64,000 nucleotides of DNA from an uncultured Chloroflexia bacterium (GCA_963812115.1 CAWEUD010000030.1:14223-78222); one strand, 5' to 3'; positions 1 through 8,310 are shown, numbered from the stretch's first letter. Made by a program: numbers and translations. The notes: generated by a model not told the origin, from the letters alone.

Positions 1-372
1 GACCTGGTGCAGGAGACGTACATGCGAGCGGTGGAGCGACTGGGCCAGCTGCGGAATCCGGCGCTGCTGGAGGCGTGGCTGGTGCGCGTCGCGCTCAACG
101 AGTCGCGAACCCTGCGCCGACGGCAGGCACGTCTCCGCGAGCGGCTGCCGCACCTGGTCCAGCCACAGCCGGCCTCGCCCGATACCCACCTCCAGCAACT
201 GGTCGACGACCTCCCGGCGCGCGAGCGCGCCTGCGTTGTCCTCCACTACGGGTACGGCTACCGGTTGGCGGAGGTCGGCGAGCTGCTGGGCGTCTCGGCA
301 CTGAACGCCCGCACCATCCTGTTCCGAGCCCGCCGGCGGCTGCGACGGCAGCTCGAGGAGGTCGAACGATGA
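1..372 (+). CDS. ECF-type sigma-70 family factor, C-terminal part (5' end outside the window)
   Basis: The frame is open from base 1. Region-4 HTH-like segment DDLPARERACVVLHYGYGYRLAEVGELLGVSALNARTILFRARRRL. The stop overlaps the next start (ATGA at 369-372). Confidence 0.8.
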   Translation, partial: DLVQETYMRAVERLGQLRNPALLEAWLVRVALNESRTLRRRQARLRERLPHLVQPQPASPDTHLQQLVDDLPARERACVVLHYGYGYRLAEVGELLGVSALNARTILFRARRRLRRQLEEVER

Positions 373-1190
373 CCAGTCGACAGCAGTGGTTGGGCGACCT
401 GGATGCCGCGCTGCGCCACGCACTGCAACCGCGCGCACGCGAGGCACCCATGCCGGACAAGCTGTTCGAGGTTCCTCGCGCCTGGGTTCGCCCGCGCCGG
501 TCGCCGGCGCTGATCGGTCGCGGGCTGGCGCTGGTTGCGACGGCCGCAGGCGCAACGCTATTGGTGACGCTGATCTTGACCCGCGTTGTCCCAGCTCCGC
601 CTGTCGGCAATCCCGTCGACGACCGGGCCGCCGCGTTGAGCGCCTTCGGCATCGATCCCGAGCTGGCCGTGGAGACGGCAGACGGCCTGCTGGCGCTGCG
701 GGTCGAGGTCGACAATGCGGCTCGCATCCGGCTGGGCCTCATCACCGGCTCGGACGGTGAGTACCGCTGGCGCGAACTGGCGGTGACGGAGGGCAGGACC
801 GATTCGGTGGTGGCCTCCTATGCCTACGCCCTCCCCATCTCCTGTGCTCCGGCGGCTGGGTTGGCACAGCCCGACCTCGTCTTCGGCTACGTGCGCGTGG
901 CGGACGGCCATGAGCTGGTCGCCGTCCGGCCCAAGGCCGGCCTGGACGAGGTACGCGGTCGGTGGAGCGTCTCCTCCGGCGGCTGGCACGCCGGCCTGTT
1001 CCTGTTTGCGATGCGGCCCGACCACGGACCAGGGCCCGATGGGCTTGATCTGCTCATCGTCGAGCGCTATCACGTGCAGCGCCCCGACTCGGGTGCGGTG
1101 CTGACGGTCACTGACCCGCAGGAAGTGACGGTGCCAGCTGACAGCTTCGGCAATGATGATGCCTGCACCGGCGAAACCGTCGGCGGCTGA
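369..1190 (+). CDS. Putative membrane-anchored anti-sigma factor / hypothetical protein
   Basis: ATG at 369 is translationally coupled to the sigma gene. One predicted TM segment (LIGRGLALVATAAGATLLVTLILT) follows a short cytoplasmic N-terminus. No family signature recognised, so the call rests on position only. Confidence 0.5.
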   Translation: MTSRQQWLGDLDAALRHALQPRAREAPMPDKLFEVPRAWVRPRRSPALIGRGLALVATAAGATLLVTLILTRVVPAPPVGNPVDDRAAALSAFGIDPELAVETADGLLALRVEVDNAARIRLGLITGSDGEYRWRELAVTEGRTDSVVASYAYALPISCAPAAGLAQPDLVFGYVRVADGHELVAVRPKAGLDEVRGRWSVSSGGWHAGLFLFAMRPDHGPGPDGLDLLIVERYHVQRPDSGAVLTVTDPQEVTVPADSFGNDDACTGETVGG

Positions 1191-1219
1191 GGGAGCCGGC
1201 CGAGAGTACGGAGGGTGGA

Positions 1220-2440
1220 ATGCCGCACGGGTCGGGCTGGGGCCGTACGCTGGTCCTGATCGGCATCCTGGCGGTCGCGGGCGGAGCCCTGGTGCTCCTG
1301 CCGCCGATGCTTGCACCACAGCCGGTTCCCAGCGCCACCGCAGGGCCGTCGGTTCCGCGCTTCACGCCTTTGCCGTCACCGCCTCCGGCGCCGTCACTGG
1401 CGGTGAGCCCGTACCGTTCGATCGAGTGGACATTGGCGCCCTTCCCGGATCCGGCCTTCGAGCCGGGGCCGATCGCCGTTGTTGGGCAGCGCCTGGTGAC
1501 CGTCGGCGTCAGCTATGGCTGGGTCTCGGCCTGGTACTCCGACGACGGCGTCGACTGGGCGTCGGCATCGGTCCCGCCGAGGCCATCGGCAGCGGATCGC
1601 CAGTCGTACGTGCGTGCGCTGGCTGCCAGGCCCGAGCGGATCCTGGCTGTTGGCCTGTCGGTGGACGAGACCAACGCGGGCGGGCCGTTCGTGCTGACCT
1701 CGGCCGATAAGGGCGTGAGCTGGGTCCAGGCGCGCCAACCCGGGGACGATGCGGATCTCGAGATCTTCAGCCTCGCCACGGTTGGCGACCGGTTCGTCGC
1801 CCTCGCGTACGACCCGGCATCCGAGTCTGGGTCGTCATGGTGGGCGTCGTCGGACGGTGCGGTTTGGCAGCCGCTCGAAACATCGGGACTGCCCGATCTG
1901 CGGTTCGGCCTTTCGCTCGCCGGCAACGCAGAGGCATTGGTCGCCGGCGGCAGCGACGGCGAGCGCGCCCAGCAGCATCCTGCGGCCTGGTTCTCGGCCG
2001 ACGGCAGCGTCTGGCTGCCGACCATCTCCGGCATCGAGCAGGGAGGGTCCATCGCGATTGCCGCGGCCCAGCCAGCCGGCTACCTGCTGGGGGGACAGCT
2101 GAACGGCAGCCCGGCGGTATGGATCTCGCCCGACGGCCGACGCTGGAGCAGCACGCCATTCGTAGATCTTCCCGGCGCGCAGGTTGGCGCCGCCGCGCTC
2201 TCGGATGCTGGAGCGCTGCTCGTGATCGAACGCCTGACACAGGGAACCGAGACCCCGAGCAGCACCGCCGTGCGCTTCCTGAGACTGGGCACGAGCGAGA
2301 CGGCCGACAGCAGCTTGCCGCTGGTGAGCCTCTCGCCGGCAGCCCTGCCCGACCGGTTCGTCGTCCTGGGCCGCTGCCCGCCGAGCGGTCAACCCGATTG
2401 CGCGGGCACGAGCATCGGCATCGGAACCCCGGTGCCTTGA
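1220..2440 (+). CDS. BNR/Asp-box repeat (beta-propeller-like) protein with N-terminal membrane anchor
   Basis: GGAGGG lies 4 nt before the ATG. N-terminal hydrophobic segment. Five S-x-D-x-G-x-x-W Asp-box motifs (SDDGVDW, SADKGVSW, SSDGAVW, SADGSVW, SPDGRRW). Confidence 0.65.
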   Translation: MPHGSGWGRTLVLIGILAVAGGALVLLPPMLAPQPVPSATAGPSVPRFTPLPSPPPAPSLAVSPYRSIEWTLAPFPDPAFEPGPIAVVGQRLVTVGVSYGWVSAWYSDDGVDWASASVPPRPSAADRQSYVRALAARPERILAVGLSVDETNAGGPFVLTSADKGVSWVQARQPGDDADLEIFSLATVGDRFVALAYDPASESGSSWWASSDGAVWQPLETSGLPDLRFGLSLAGNAEALVAGGSDGERAQQHPAAWFSADGSVWLPTISGIEQGGSIAIAAAQPAGYLLGGQLNGSPAVWISPDGRRWSSTPFVDLPGAQVGAAALSDAGALLVIERLTQGTETPSSTAVRFLRLGTSETADSSLPLVSLSPAALPDRFVVLGRCPPSGQPDCAGTSIGIGTPVP

Positions 2441-2466
2441 CCAGCGACTAGGCTCGGGGCCCACGA

Positions 2467-2562
2467 TCAGCCCTGCTGAGGGATCCAGGATTGGTAGCTG
2501 TAGACCATGAGGTCGCAGTAGTCGACAACGACGAAGGCTCCCAGGGCACCCATACGCCTCAT
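2467..2562 (-). CDS. Candidate 31-aa small ORF (MRRMGALGAFVVVDYCDLMVYSYQSWIPQQG)
   Basis: Absent from the ORF track because it is under 60 aa. ATG preceded by GGAGGG with an 8-nt spacer. Sits in a locally lower-GC patch between convergent and divergent genes. No homology recognised. Confidence 0.25.
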   Translation of the reverse strand: MRRMGALGAFVVVDYCDLMVYSYQSWIPQQG

Positions 2563-2728
2563 CAGTCTGGCCCTCCGTCACACAGTAGAGAGACGTCAGG
2601 GTGCTGAGATGGGTGAATGGACAAGGGAAGAGCGCGGGCAACACGAATGTCGATCCGTCGTCTCGGCTCTTGCGCGCTAGAGACTCGCGTCCGATGATCG
2701 GGCAGCCCTATGGAAGGAGGGGCGTCCG

Positions 2729-2974
2729 ATGGAGCAAGCCGCGAAGCGAAGTGCCTGGCCGACCGCGAGGACGATCATCGTCGCTCTGCTCGCCGGCTTC
2801 GTCGTGTTCGTGCTTCTGTTCCGGGGCAGTGGGACGGGGGCCATTCCGCCCACGTGCTACTCGCTGCTCGGCTACGTCGTGCCCTGCGAACCGTGGGTCG
2901 CCTGGGTGGCGGGAGCGGCAACGACTGGCGTCGTTGGCTTTGGCCTGTGGATGAACGAGCGCCGGCACCGGTAG
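2729..2974 (+). CDS. Small two-TM membrane protein, hypothetical
   Basis: Strong SD (GGAAGGAGG) upstream of the ATG. Two hydrophobic helices. 81 aa. Confidence 0.5.
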   Translation: MEQAAKRSAWPTARTIIVALLAGFVVFVLLFRGSGTGAIPPTCYSLLGYVVPCEPWVAWVAGAATTGVVGFGLWMNERRHR

Positions 2975-3039
2975 GCGATCCGCGCGAGCCTGCGGTATTC
3001 TCTCCGGCGGCTCCTCGGATACGATGCAGGGGAGCGAGT

Positions 3040-3160
3040 TGGCTGTCAGGGTTGGCGGTCAGATCGGTGAAAGTACCCGATCTGAGCACGGATCAAGCAA
3101 GGGTGAGCGACTCTGGATCCGTGAACCGAGACTCGAATCCTCGCGGGGCAGCCAGCCGTA
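3040..3160 (+). other. Structured non-coding element (copy R1 of a 3-member family), function unknown
   Basis: Two perfect hairpins: stem 3059-3067/3077-3085 with loop TGAAAGTAC, and stem 3087-3094/3116-3123. Collinear motifs GGGTTGG (3049-3055), TGAAAGTACCCG (3068-3079) and ACTCGAAT (3131-3138) are shared with 57403-57513. Confidence 0.3.
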
Positions 3161-3168
3161 TATCGTGT

Positions 3169-3243
3169 GGCGACGTGCCCGAGTGGTCCAGGGAGCGGTC
3201 TGCAAAACCGCGTACACGGGTTCGATTCCCGTCGTCGCCTCCA
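3169..3243 (+). tRNA. tRNA-Cys (anticodon GCA), CCA encoded
   Basis: Cloverleaf read by hand. Acceptor GGCGACG/CGTCGCC. Anticodon stem GCGGT/ACCGC with loop CTGCAAA. T arm ACGGG-TTCGATT-CCCGT. Discriminator U73, typical of tRNA-Cys. Terminal CCA. Confidence 0.95.
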
Positions 3244-3286
3244 TAATCTGCGCACGAATGCCAACAGATTGGTCGCCCGCCGGCGA

Positions 3287-4675
3287 CTACCCGCCCGGGA
3301 TTTGCCGGCCGCTGGCGGAAGGTCCACCGAGCGAACGAGATGGGGCCGACTGTTCCTCACCCTGATCTCTACGGCTGTTCGGCGAGGGTCGCGAACGTCC
3401 CTGCGTGCCGCCCCTCTCGCTGGCAACCTTGTTACGGCCGCGGTGCTTGGCGCGATACAGGGCGCGATCGGCCGCGCCGAGCGCGGCGTCAGCATCCTCG
3501 GTGGTTGTCCCTCGCAACGCGGCGACGCCGGCGCTGACGGTCAGCTGCGCCTCCCCCTGCTGCGTCGGATAGCGCAGGTCAAGGTCGGCGACCGCTCGGC
3601 GCATGCGCTCCGCTGCCTGCACAGCGGCCACGAGGTCCTGCTCGGGTAGGAGGACCACGATCTCTTCACCGCCGTAGCGGCAGATGGCGTCCGTTCGGCG
3701 CAGGGTGCCGGATAGTGCCGCGCCGACGGCCTGCAGCGCCGCATCGCCGGCCTGGTGGCCGAGGGCATCGTTGAACGCCTTGAAGTGATCGAGATCGAGC
3801 ATCACCAGCGCGCATGCGGTCCCGAAGCGGCGGAGGCGTGCCACGGCGGCATCAAGTTCCTCGTTGAGGCGCAACCGGTTGCCCAGGCCCGTCAGGTGGT
3901 CGGTGCGGGTAGCGGCGGCCAGCAGGACGTTGAGCCGCCGTAGCTCGACGCCGTCGACGACTGTCTGCGCGTGCTCGCGGCGGGCCTGCATACGCTGCAG
4001 GAACACCTCCCGTCGCCCGCTGTTCGACGCGGCGCGACCGACAACGCTGGCGGCGCCAGTGATGACCAGGATCAGCCCGGCGCTGACCCAGTCGGTATCC
4101 GCCACCTGGGCGCCGAGGGGTGAAGCGTGCAAGGTGGCCAAGACGGCGGCGCTGGCGAGCAGCCACCCACACTGCAGCAGTGGGCTCCACGGCATGAACA
4201 GCGCGACCGCCGGCGGGAGCGCGGCAAGCAGCATCAGCGAGGCCAGGCGGCTCTCAGGGATGAAAACCAGCAGCAGGGTCATGGTGACGACCATTGACCA
4301 CATGAGGAGCAACGCCAGCAAGACCGCCGGAAGCCAGCGGCGGCGGACGGCGAGGGATGCGATGCCGAATCCGACGGCCGCCTCGGCGCCGGTGATGGCG
4401 AGCAGGACCGCCTGGTGTTGCGTGAAGAGCAGCAGCATGCCGAGCCCGTTGGCGGCCGCCAGAATGATCACCGTCACCCCGGCCAGGGAGGTTGCTGCCC
4501 GAATCGCGCGCCGCGACGTCGCGGCGAACAGGCGCTCCTCGCGGCCCGTCAGGGTCGACGGCACCGTCCCACGCGTAGGCAAGCCGATGCTGTTGCGTAT
4601 CAGGCCGGCTATTTGCGTCAGGCGCGGGTCCCACCCACCTGCGGCATGTATCAACCGTCGAGATCCGGCAAGCAT
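3287..4675 (-). CDS. Membrane-bound diguanylate cyclase (GGDEF domain, GGEEI active-site variant)
   Basis: C-terminal RTDHLTGLGNR...LDLDHFKAFNDALGHQAGD...RYGGEEIVVLLP. About six hydrophobic helices N-terminal to it. The ORF is open to 4963, but I chose ATG 4675 (MLAGSRR...). Start uncertain. Confidence 0.85.
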   Translation of the reverse strand: MLAGSRRLIHAAGGWDPRLTQIAGLIRNSIGLPTRGTVPSTLTGREERLFAATSRRAIRAATSLAGVTVIILAAANGLGMLLLFTQHQAVLLAITGAEAAVGFGIASLAVRRRWLPAVLLALLLMWSMVVTMTLLLVFIPESRLASLMLLAALPPAVALFMPWSPLLQCGWLLASAAVLATLHASPLGAQVADTDWVSAGLILVITGAASVVGRAASNSGRREVFLQRMQARREHAQTVVDGVELRRLNVLLAAATRTDHLTGLGNRLRLNEELDAAVARLRRFGTACALVMLDLDHFKAFNDALGHQAGDAALQAVGAALSGTLRRTDAICRYGGEEIVVLLPEQDLVAAVQAAERMRRAVADLDLRYPTQQGEAQLTVSAGVAALRGTTTEDADAALGAADRALYRAKHRGRNKVASERGGTQGRSRPSPNSRRDQGEEQSAPSRSLGGPSASGRQIPGG

Positions 4676-4871
4676 GTGGACATTCTGCCTCGACTGCGAC
4701 GCAGTGGACACCGTACCAATGGCTCGCAGCCTCAGGTTCCGAACGCAGCATTCCTGCGGCCGCGGACATGCTCGATTTCGGCGGCGACGGCTTCGCCAAT
4801 CCAGCGCACGATGTCGGCCGTTCGTGGCCGGTGTTCGCACTGCCGCGCCCATGAAATGGCAATGGCGGCTT

Positions 4872-4913
4872 CCGATAGGATCAGTTCTGCCACCGATAGG
4901 ATCAGTTCTGCCA
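4872..4913. repeat. Exact tandem duplication of a 21-bp unit (CCGATAGGATCAGTTCTGCCA x2)
   Basis: Units at 4872-4892 and 4893-4913 are identical. They lie between the divergently oriented GGDEF gene and the DUF1801 gene. Confidence 0.9.
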
Positions 4914-4938
4914 CGACGTGCGCGCAGAGAGGGAAGCC

Positions 4939-5412
4939 ATGACAGACACGAAGAAGAGCGCAACGAAGACCCCCGCCGGCGCTGGCTCGTCCGATGGATG
5001 GACGGACGAAGAGCGAGCGGCGATGAAGGAGCGCAGCCGTGAGCTCAAGGCCGCCACGCGTCGAGGCGGGGGGAGCAAGACGGACGGGGAGAGTGACGTG
5101 CTCGCCAAGATCGCCGCGATGCCGGACGCCGATCGGGTGATGGCCGAGCGTCTGCACGCGATCGTCAAGGAGCATGCGCCGAGCCTCGCACCGAAGACCT
5201 GGTACGGGATGCCGGCCTATGCCAGGGACGGGAAGGTCGTGTGCTTCTTCAGGAGCGCCGACAAGTTCAAGTCGCGCTACGCGACGATCGGCTTCGAGGA
5301 GGCCGCGAACCTTGACGATGGCGCGATGTGGCCGACCTCGTATGCGCTGAAGGAGCTGACGCCCGCCGACGAGGCGACGATCGGTGCGCTCCTGAAGAAG
5401 GCGGTGAGCTGA
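4939..5412 (+). CDS. DUF1801 / YdhG-like domain protein
   Basis: SD GAGGGAAG precedes ATG 4939. The core ...[36 protein letters not shown]... resembles the YdhG-like family as remembered. Confidence 0.65.
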   Translation: MTDTKKSATKTPAGAGSSDGWTDEERAAMKERSRELKAATRRGGGSKTDGESDVLAKIAAMPDADRVMAERLHAIVKEHAPSLAPKTWYGMPAYARDGKVVCFFRSADKFKSRYATIGFEEAANLDDGAMWPTSYALKELTPADEATIGALLKKAVS

Positions 5413-5471
5413 GGCGGCCGCGGTCCGCATCGGCTTCGCCGCGCGCGCCGCGGCACGTAGAATCGGCGTCC

Positions 5472-5696
5472 ATGGCACCGCTCGGATCGCTTTCGCTGGC
5501 CTGGACGCAGGCCGAGGCCGCCCTCCCCCTCGGATGGCGGATCAGGGGCCTGTGGCAGTTCGACGAGCAGTGGATCGCCCTTTCGGTGGGTGCCGGCTGG
5601 GACGACTACCTGAGCGGGTCGGGCATGCATGCCGACCAGGCGCTCAGGCGGCTCGGCGACCGGCTGCGGGTGCTCCGAGGACCGCTCTCCGGCTGA
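5472..5696 (+). CDS. Hypothetical 74-aa protein, possibly leaderless
   Basis: ATG 5472 lies 8 nt downstream of a TAGAAT -10-like hexamer (5458-5463) and has no SD. No homology recognised. Confidence 0.3.
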   Translation: MAPLGSLSLAWTQAEAALPLGWRIRGLWQFDEQWIALSVGAGWDDYLSGSGMHADQALRRLGDRLRVLRGPLSG

Positions 5697-5721
5697 GGCG
5701 TCGAGCAGGCGTCCGAGACGT

Positions 5722-6876
5722 TCAGCCGTCGTCGACGCGGCGTGGCGACTCCCGCGCGAAGCGCTCCTGCCGGTAGCCCAGGTCGCGAACCGCGACGCGG
5801 ACGAATCCGCGGATCTCCTCGGAGAAGGAGCGCCAGGCGACGTACCGGCGGCGCTGATCATCACCCGTGCAGTCGCTCGGTGCTGCAGCTTCGAGCTCCC
5901 GCTGCAGCCGGTCAAAGCGACGACGCAGGAGCTCGTCCCGCGCCGCGGTCGGCTGCTCAGGCTCACCCGCGCCGACCCAGGGCTGCTCGAGCGTGCCCGC
6001 GCCACCGAAGCGGCCGGAGACCTCCGCAATCACCCGCCGCACGCCGCCCAGCAGGGCCTTGAGCGAGGGGCTGGAACTGATCTGGTGACAGCGCGGCAGG
6101 CCCCAGCGCAGCGCCGCGGCGGCACCGCCCACCATGCCGAAGACGTAGGGCATCGAGCGGAACTCGTGTCCCGTGTGGAAGTAGTAGACGATGGGGTAGC
6201 GAAGCATCCCCTCGTGGTAGCGCAGCAGGTCACGGTGCAGTGCGGCGAGGCTCGTCTCGAGGTTGTCCGGTCCACGCCCGATGTAGCTGCGTGCCAGCAC
6301 CACCGGATCGTCGCCTGAGCCCACGCGGTCGCGGATGGCCGCGCCGAGCTCACCCTGCAGGCTCACGACCTGGTAGATGCCCAGCACGTAGCTGATCGCC
6401 AGGGTGAGGATCGAGAACCCGAGCAGGCTTTCGAACACCGTCAGCAACTGGAAGATGGGCGTCGTCGGCGTCACGTCGCCGAAGCCGACCGTCGAGAGGG
6501 CGACGCCGCTGGCGTAGACGGCGTCCAGCATGTTCGCCTCCACGCCCGGCTTCAGCGAGAAGTTATCGGTGAAGTTCGGGTAGTAGATCAGGGCGAAGCC
6601 GACGATCGCCAGCGAGATCCAGAGTCCGAGGCTCGCGACCACCATGAGCGGTCCGACCGCGGAGAGGGCGCGAGCCCGGTGCCGACCCGGAAGCGGTGCG
6701 GTCAGCGCTCGGCCGATGGCCCACGCCACGCGGTACAGCCATCGGCTCACGAAGCCGTAGCCCTGGTACTGCAGAACAGTGAAGAACAGGTCCACCTGGC
6801 CGATGACGACCAGGAGCGCACCCAGGACCACCAGGAGTGTCATGAAGTCCACGCTCGTGGCAGAGGCACGGCGCAT
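5722..6876 (-). CDS. Two-TM potassium channel family protein with cytoplasmic C-terminal domain
   Basis: Pore signature STVGFGD (TVGYGD-like selectivity filter) flanked by TM helices. An alternative start lies at 6843. Confidence 0.8.
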   Translation of the reverse strand: MRRASATSVDFMTLLVVLGALLVVIGQVDLFFTVLQYQGYGFVSRWLYRVAWAIGRALTAPLPGRHRARALSAVGPLMVVASLGLWISLAIVGFALIYYPNFTDNFSLKPGVEANMLDAVYASGVALSTVGFGDVTPTTPIFQLLTVFESLLGFSILTLAISYVLGIYQVVSLQGELGAAIRDRVGSGDDPVVLARSYIGRGPDNLETSLAALHRDLLRYHEGMLRYPIVYYFHTGHEFRSMPYVFGMVGGAAAALRWGLPRCHQISSSPSLKALLGGVRRVIAEVSGRFGGAGTLEQPWVGAGEPEQPTAARDELLRRRFDRLQRELEAAAPSDCTGDDQRRRYVAWRSFSEEIRGFVRVAVRDLGYRQERFARESPRRVDDG

Positions 6877-6910
6877 GCCACGTGGTACCGTGCGGCGAGC
6901 GTGGTTCCCG

Positions 6911-6998
6911 GCCGGAGTGGCGGAACGGCAGACGCGGCCGGCTTAAACCCGGCGGCCCCGAAAGGGGCGTGGGGGTTCGAATCCCTCCTCCGGCACCA
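6911..6998 (+). tRNA. tRNA-Leu (anticodon TAA), CCA encoded
   Basis: Acceptor GCCGGAG/CTCCGGC. Anticodon stem GCCGG/CCGGC with loop CTTAAAC. Long variable arm GGCCCCGAAAGGGGC. T arm GGGGG-TTCGAAT-CCCTC. Discriminator A plus CCA. Confidence 0.95.
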
Positions 6999-7013
6999 GG
7001 CTGCCCGATCGGG

Positions 7014-8225
7014 TCAGCGGCGCCCGAACAGCCCCCGCCGCTTTGGCGCCCGGCCCGCCGAGGCCTCCTCGGCCTCGTTCTGGATCCCGACAAGGGCCTG
7101 GGCGAGCCGGTGCATGGCCAGCGCCACGGGGCTGCCGGGGCGGCTGCTGACCACGGGGACTCCCTCGTTGACGGCCCTGATCATGTCCACCTCGGTGTAC
7201 GGGATCTCCGCCGATGGCCGCGACCGGAGCAGGTTCTCGATGTCGCGCGTCTTCAGCAGCTCCTTGGGGAAGATGTGGTTCACGACGAAGTGGGTGCGGG
7301 CGCGCAGCGTGGTCGTCTCGGCCAGGAAGCCGAGCAGCAGGCTCATGGCCCGCAGCGCAGCGATCTCCGGGAAGACGATGAAGGCGTGCGTCGAGGCCTG
7401 CTCGAGCATCCAGAGCGTGCGAGGCTCGAGCCGCGATCCACAGTCAACCACGACGTAGTCGAAGCGCGGTCGCAGAAGCGAAATCGCGCGATCGAGTTGC
7501 TCCACCTCGACACGGAACTCGGCATCGGGGTGCGCCGGGGCCGCGAGGACCTGGACGCCGGATGCGTGCGGCGTGAGGTAGCTGGCGGCCACCTCGGCAT
7601 CTCCCAGGGCCGGTTCGTCGCCGCACAGGCCGGCCACGTCGAAGCGTGGCGTGAGGTTCAGGTGCGTCGCGACCTGTCCGAACTGCAGGTCGAGGTCGAG
7701 CAGCAGCACCCGCGCCTTGGCGGCCTGTGGGCCTGACACGCCGCCGGCCAGCAGCAGGGCGGTGTTGACGGCCAGCGTCGTCGTCCCCACGCCCCCCTTT
7801 GGCGAGAAGAAGGTGATGATCTCCGCAGAGGGCATCTGGGTGCGCGCCGCGGTGGGGCGCACGCGACCGGCCCTGATGAGCAGGGCCTCGACCCGTGCGT
7901 GCAGCTCGTTCGGGGCGAAGCCGGCCGTGATCACGTCATCGGCGCCCGCCTCGAGGAAGGCGATGCGTGCTTCGACGTCTCCGGCAGGGGCGACCACCAG
8001 CACGGGCGTGGGCGTCGTGGCCGCAGATCGAAGCCGGCCGATGGCTCCGGAGACGGCCAGCCCTTCCGCTACGACGAGGTCGTAGCCGCTGTCGCGCAGC
8101 GCGCCGGTCGCCTCCGCAGGCGTGTGGACGCTTCGGGTCGCGTGGCCCGCGTTGGCGAGCTGCCCTTCGAGCTGCTCACGCAGCTCATCCGAGGGGGCAC
8201 AGATGAGGATCGGGTTGGCTGGCAT
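7014..8225 (-). CDS. Response-regulator receiver domain fused to MinD/ParA-type ATPase (CpaE-like)
   Basis: N-terminal REC-like fold (ILICAP...YDLVVAEG...PVLVVA...AGADDVI). Deviant Walker A FFSPKGGVGTTTLAVN. I chose ATG 8225 (MPANPIL...); the ORF is open to 8315. Confidence 0.8.
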   Translation of the reverse strand: MPANPILICAPSDELREQLEGQLANAGHATRSVHTPAEATGALRDSGYDLVVAEGLAVSGAIGRLRSAATTPTPVLVVAPAGDVEARIAFLEAGADDVITAGFAPNELHARVEALLIRAGRVRPTAARTQMPSAEIITFFSPKGGVGTTTLAVNTALLLAGGVSGPQAAKARVLLLDLDLQFGQVATHLNLTPRFDVAGLCGDEPALGDAEVAASYLTPHASGVQVLAAPAHPDAEFRVEVEQLDRAISLLRPRFDYVVVDCGSRLEPRTLWMLEQASTHAFIVFPEIAALRAMSLLLGFLAETTTLRARTHFVVNHIFPKELLKTRDIENLLRSRPSAEIPYTEVDMIRAVNEGVPVVSSRPGSPVALAMHRLAQALVGIQNEAEEASAGRAPKRRGLFGRR

Positions 8226-8280
8226 CACGTTCCGGGAGCAGGCTGAATCTTGGCGCTGAGTATAGTCGCGTGCTCCCTCG

Positions 8281-8310
8281 TTGCCAGTCGGGGGCTTCGG
8301 AACGTATACT
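8281..8310 (+). promoter_or_regulatory. Candidate sigma-70-type promoter of the rpsF operon (TTGCCA-N18-TATACT)
   Basis: -35-like hexamer at 8281-8286 and -10-like hexamer at 8305-8310, about 115 nt upstream of rpsF. Confidence 0.5.

Noticed and set aside
3127-3155. tRNA-like 3' end (..ACTCGAATCCTCGCGGGGCAGCCA) suggesting a second tRNA upstream of tRNA-Cys
   Set aside because: No 5' strand complementary to the putative acceptor arm exists upstream. The would-be T stem has an A-C mismatch at the conserved G53-C61 position. No anticodon arm could be drawn on either strand.
3000-3168. SRP RNA (the region lies in a window encoding ffh and ftsY) or another housekeeping RNA
   Set aside because: The domain IV consensus (GGUCAGGUCCGGAAGGAAGCAGCC-like) is absent. 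The hairpin loops do not match the SRP, 6S, tmRNA or common riboswitch cores that I can recall.
4415-5042. Plus-strand ORFs 3864-5042 and 4415-4942 overlapping the GGDEF gene
   Set aside because: They are antisense to a gene with clear GGDEF-domain homology and have Arg/Ser/Pro/Ala-rich translations with no motifs. They are shadow ORFs.
3169-6998. Genomic island bounded by tRNA-Cys and tRNA-Leu
   Set aside because: No integrase, transposase or direct repeat of a tRNA 3' end was found. The genes between the tRNAs have the same GC-rich character as the rest of the window. Only their accessory-type functions hint at an island.
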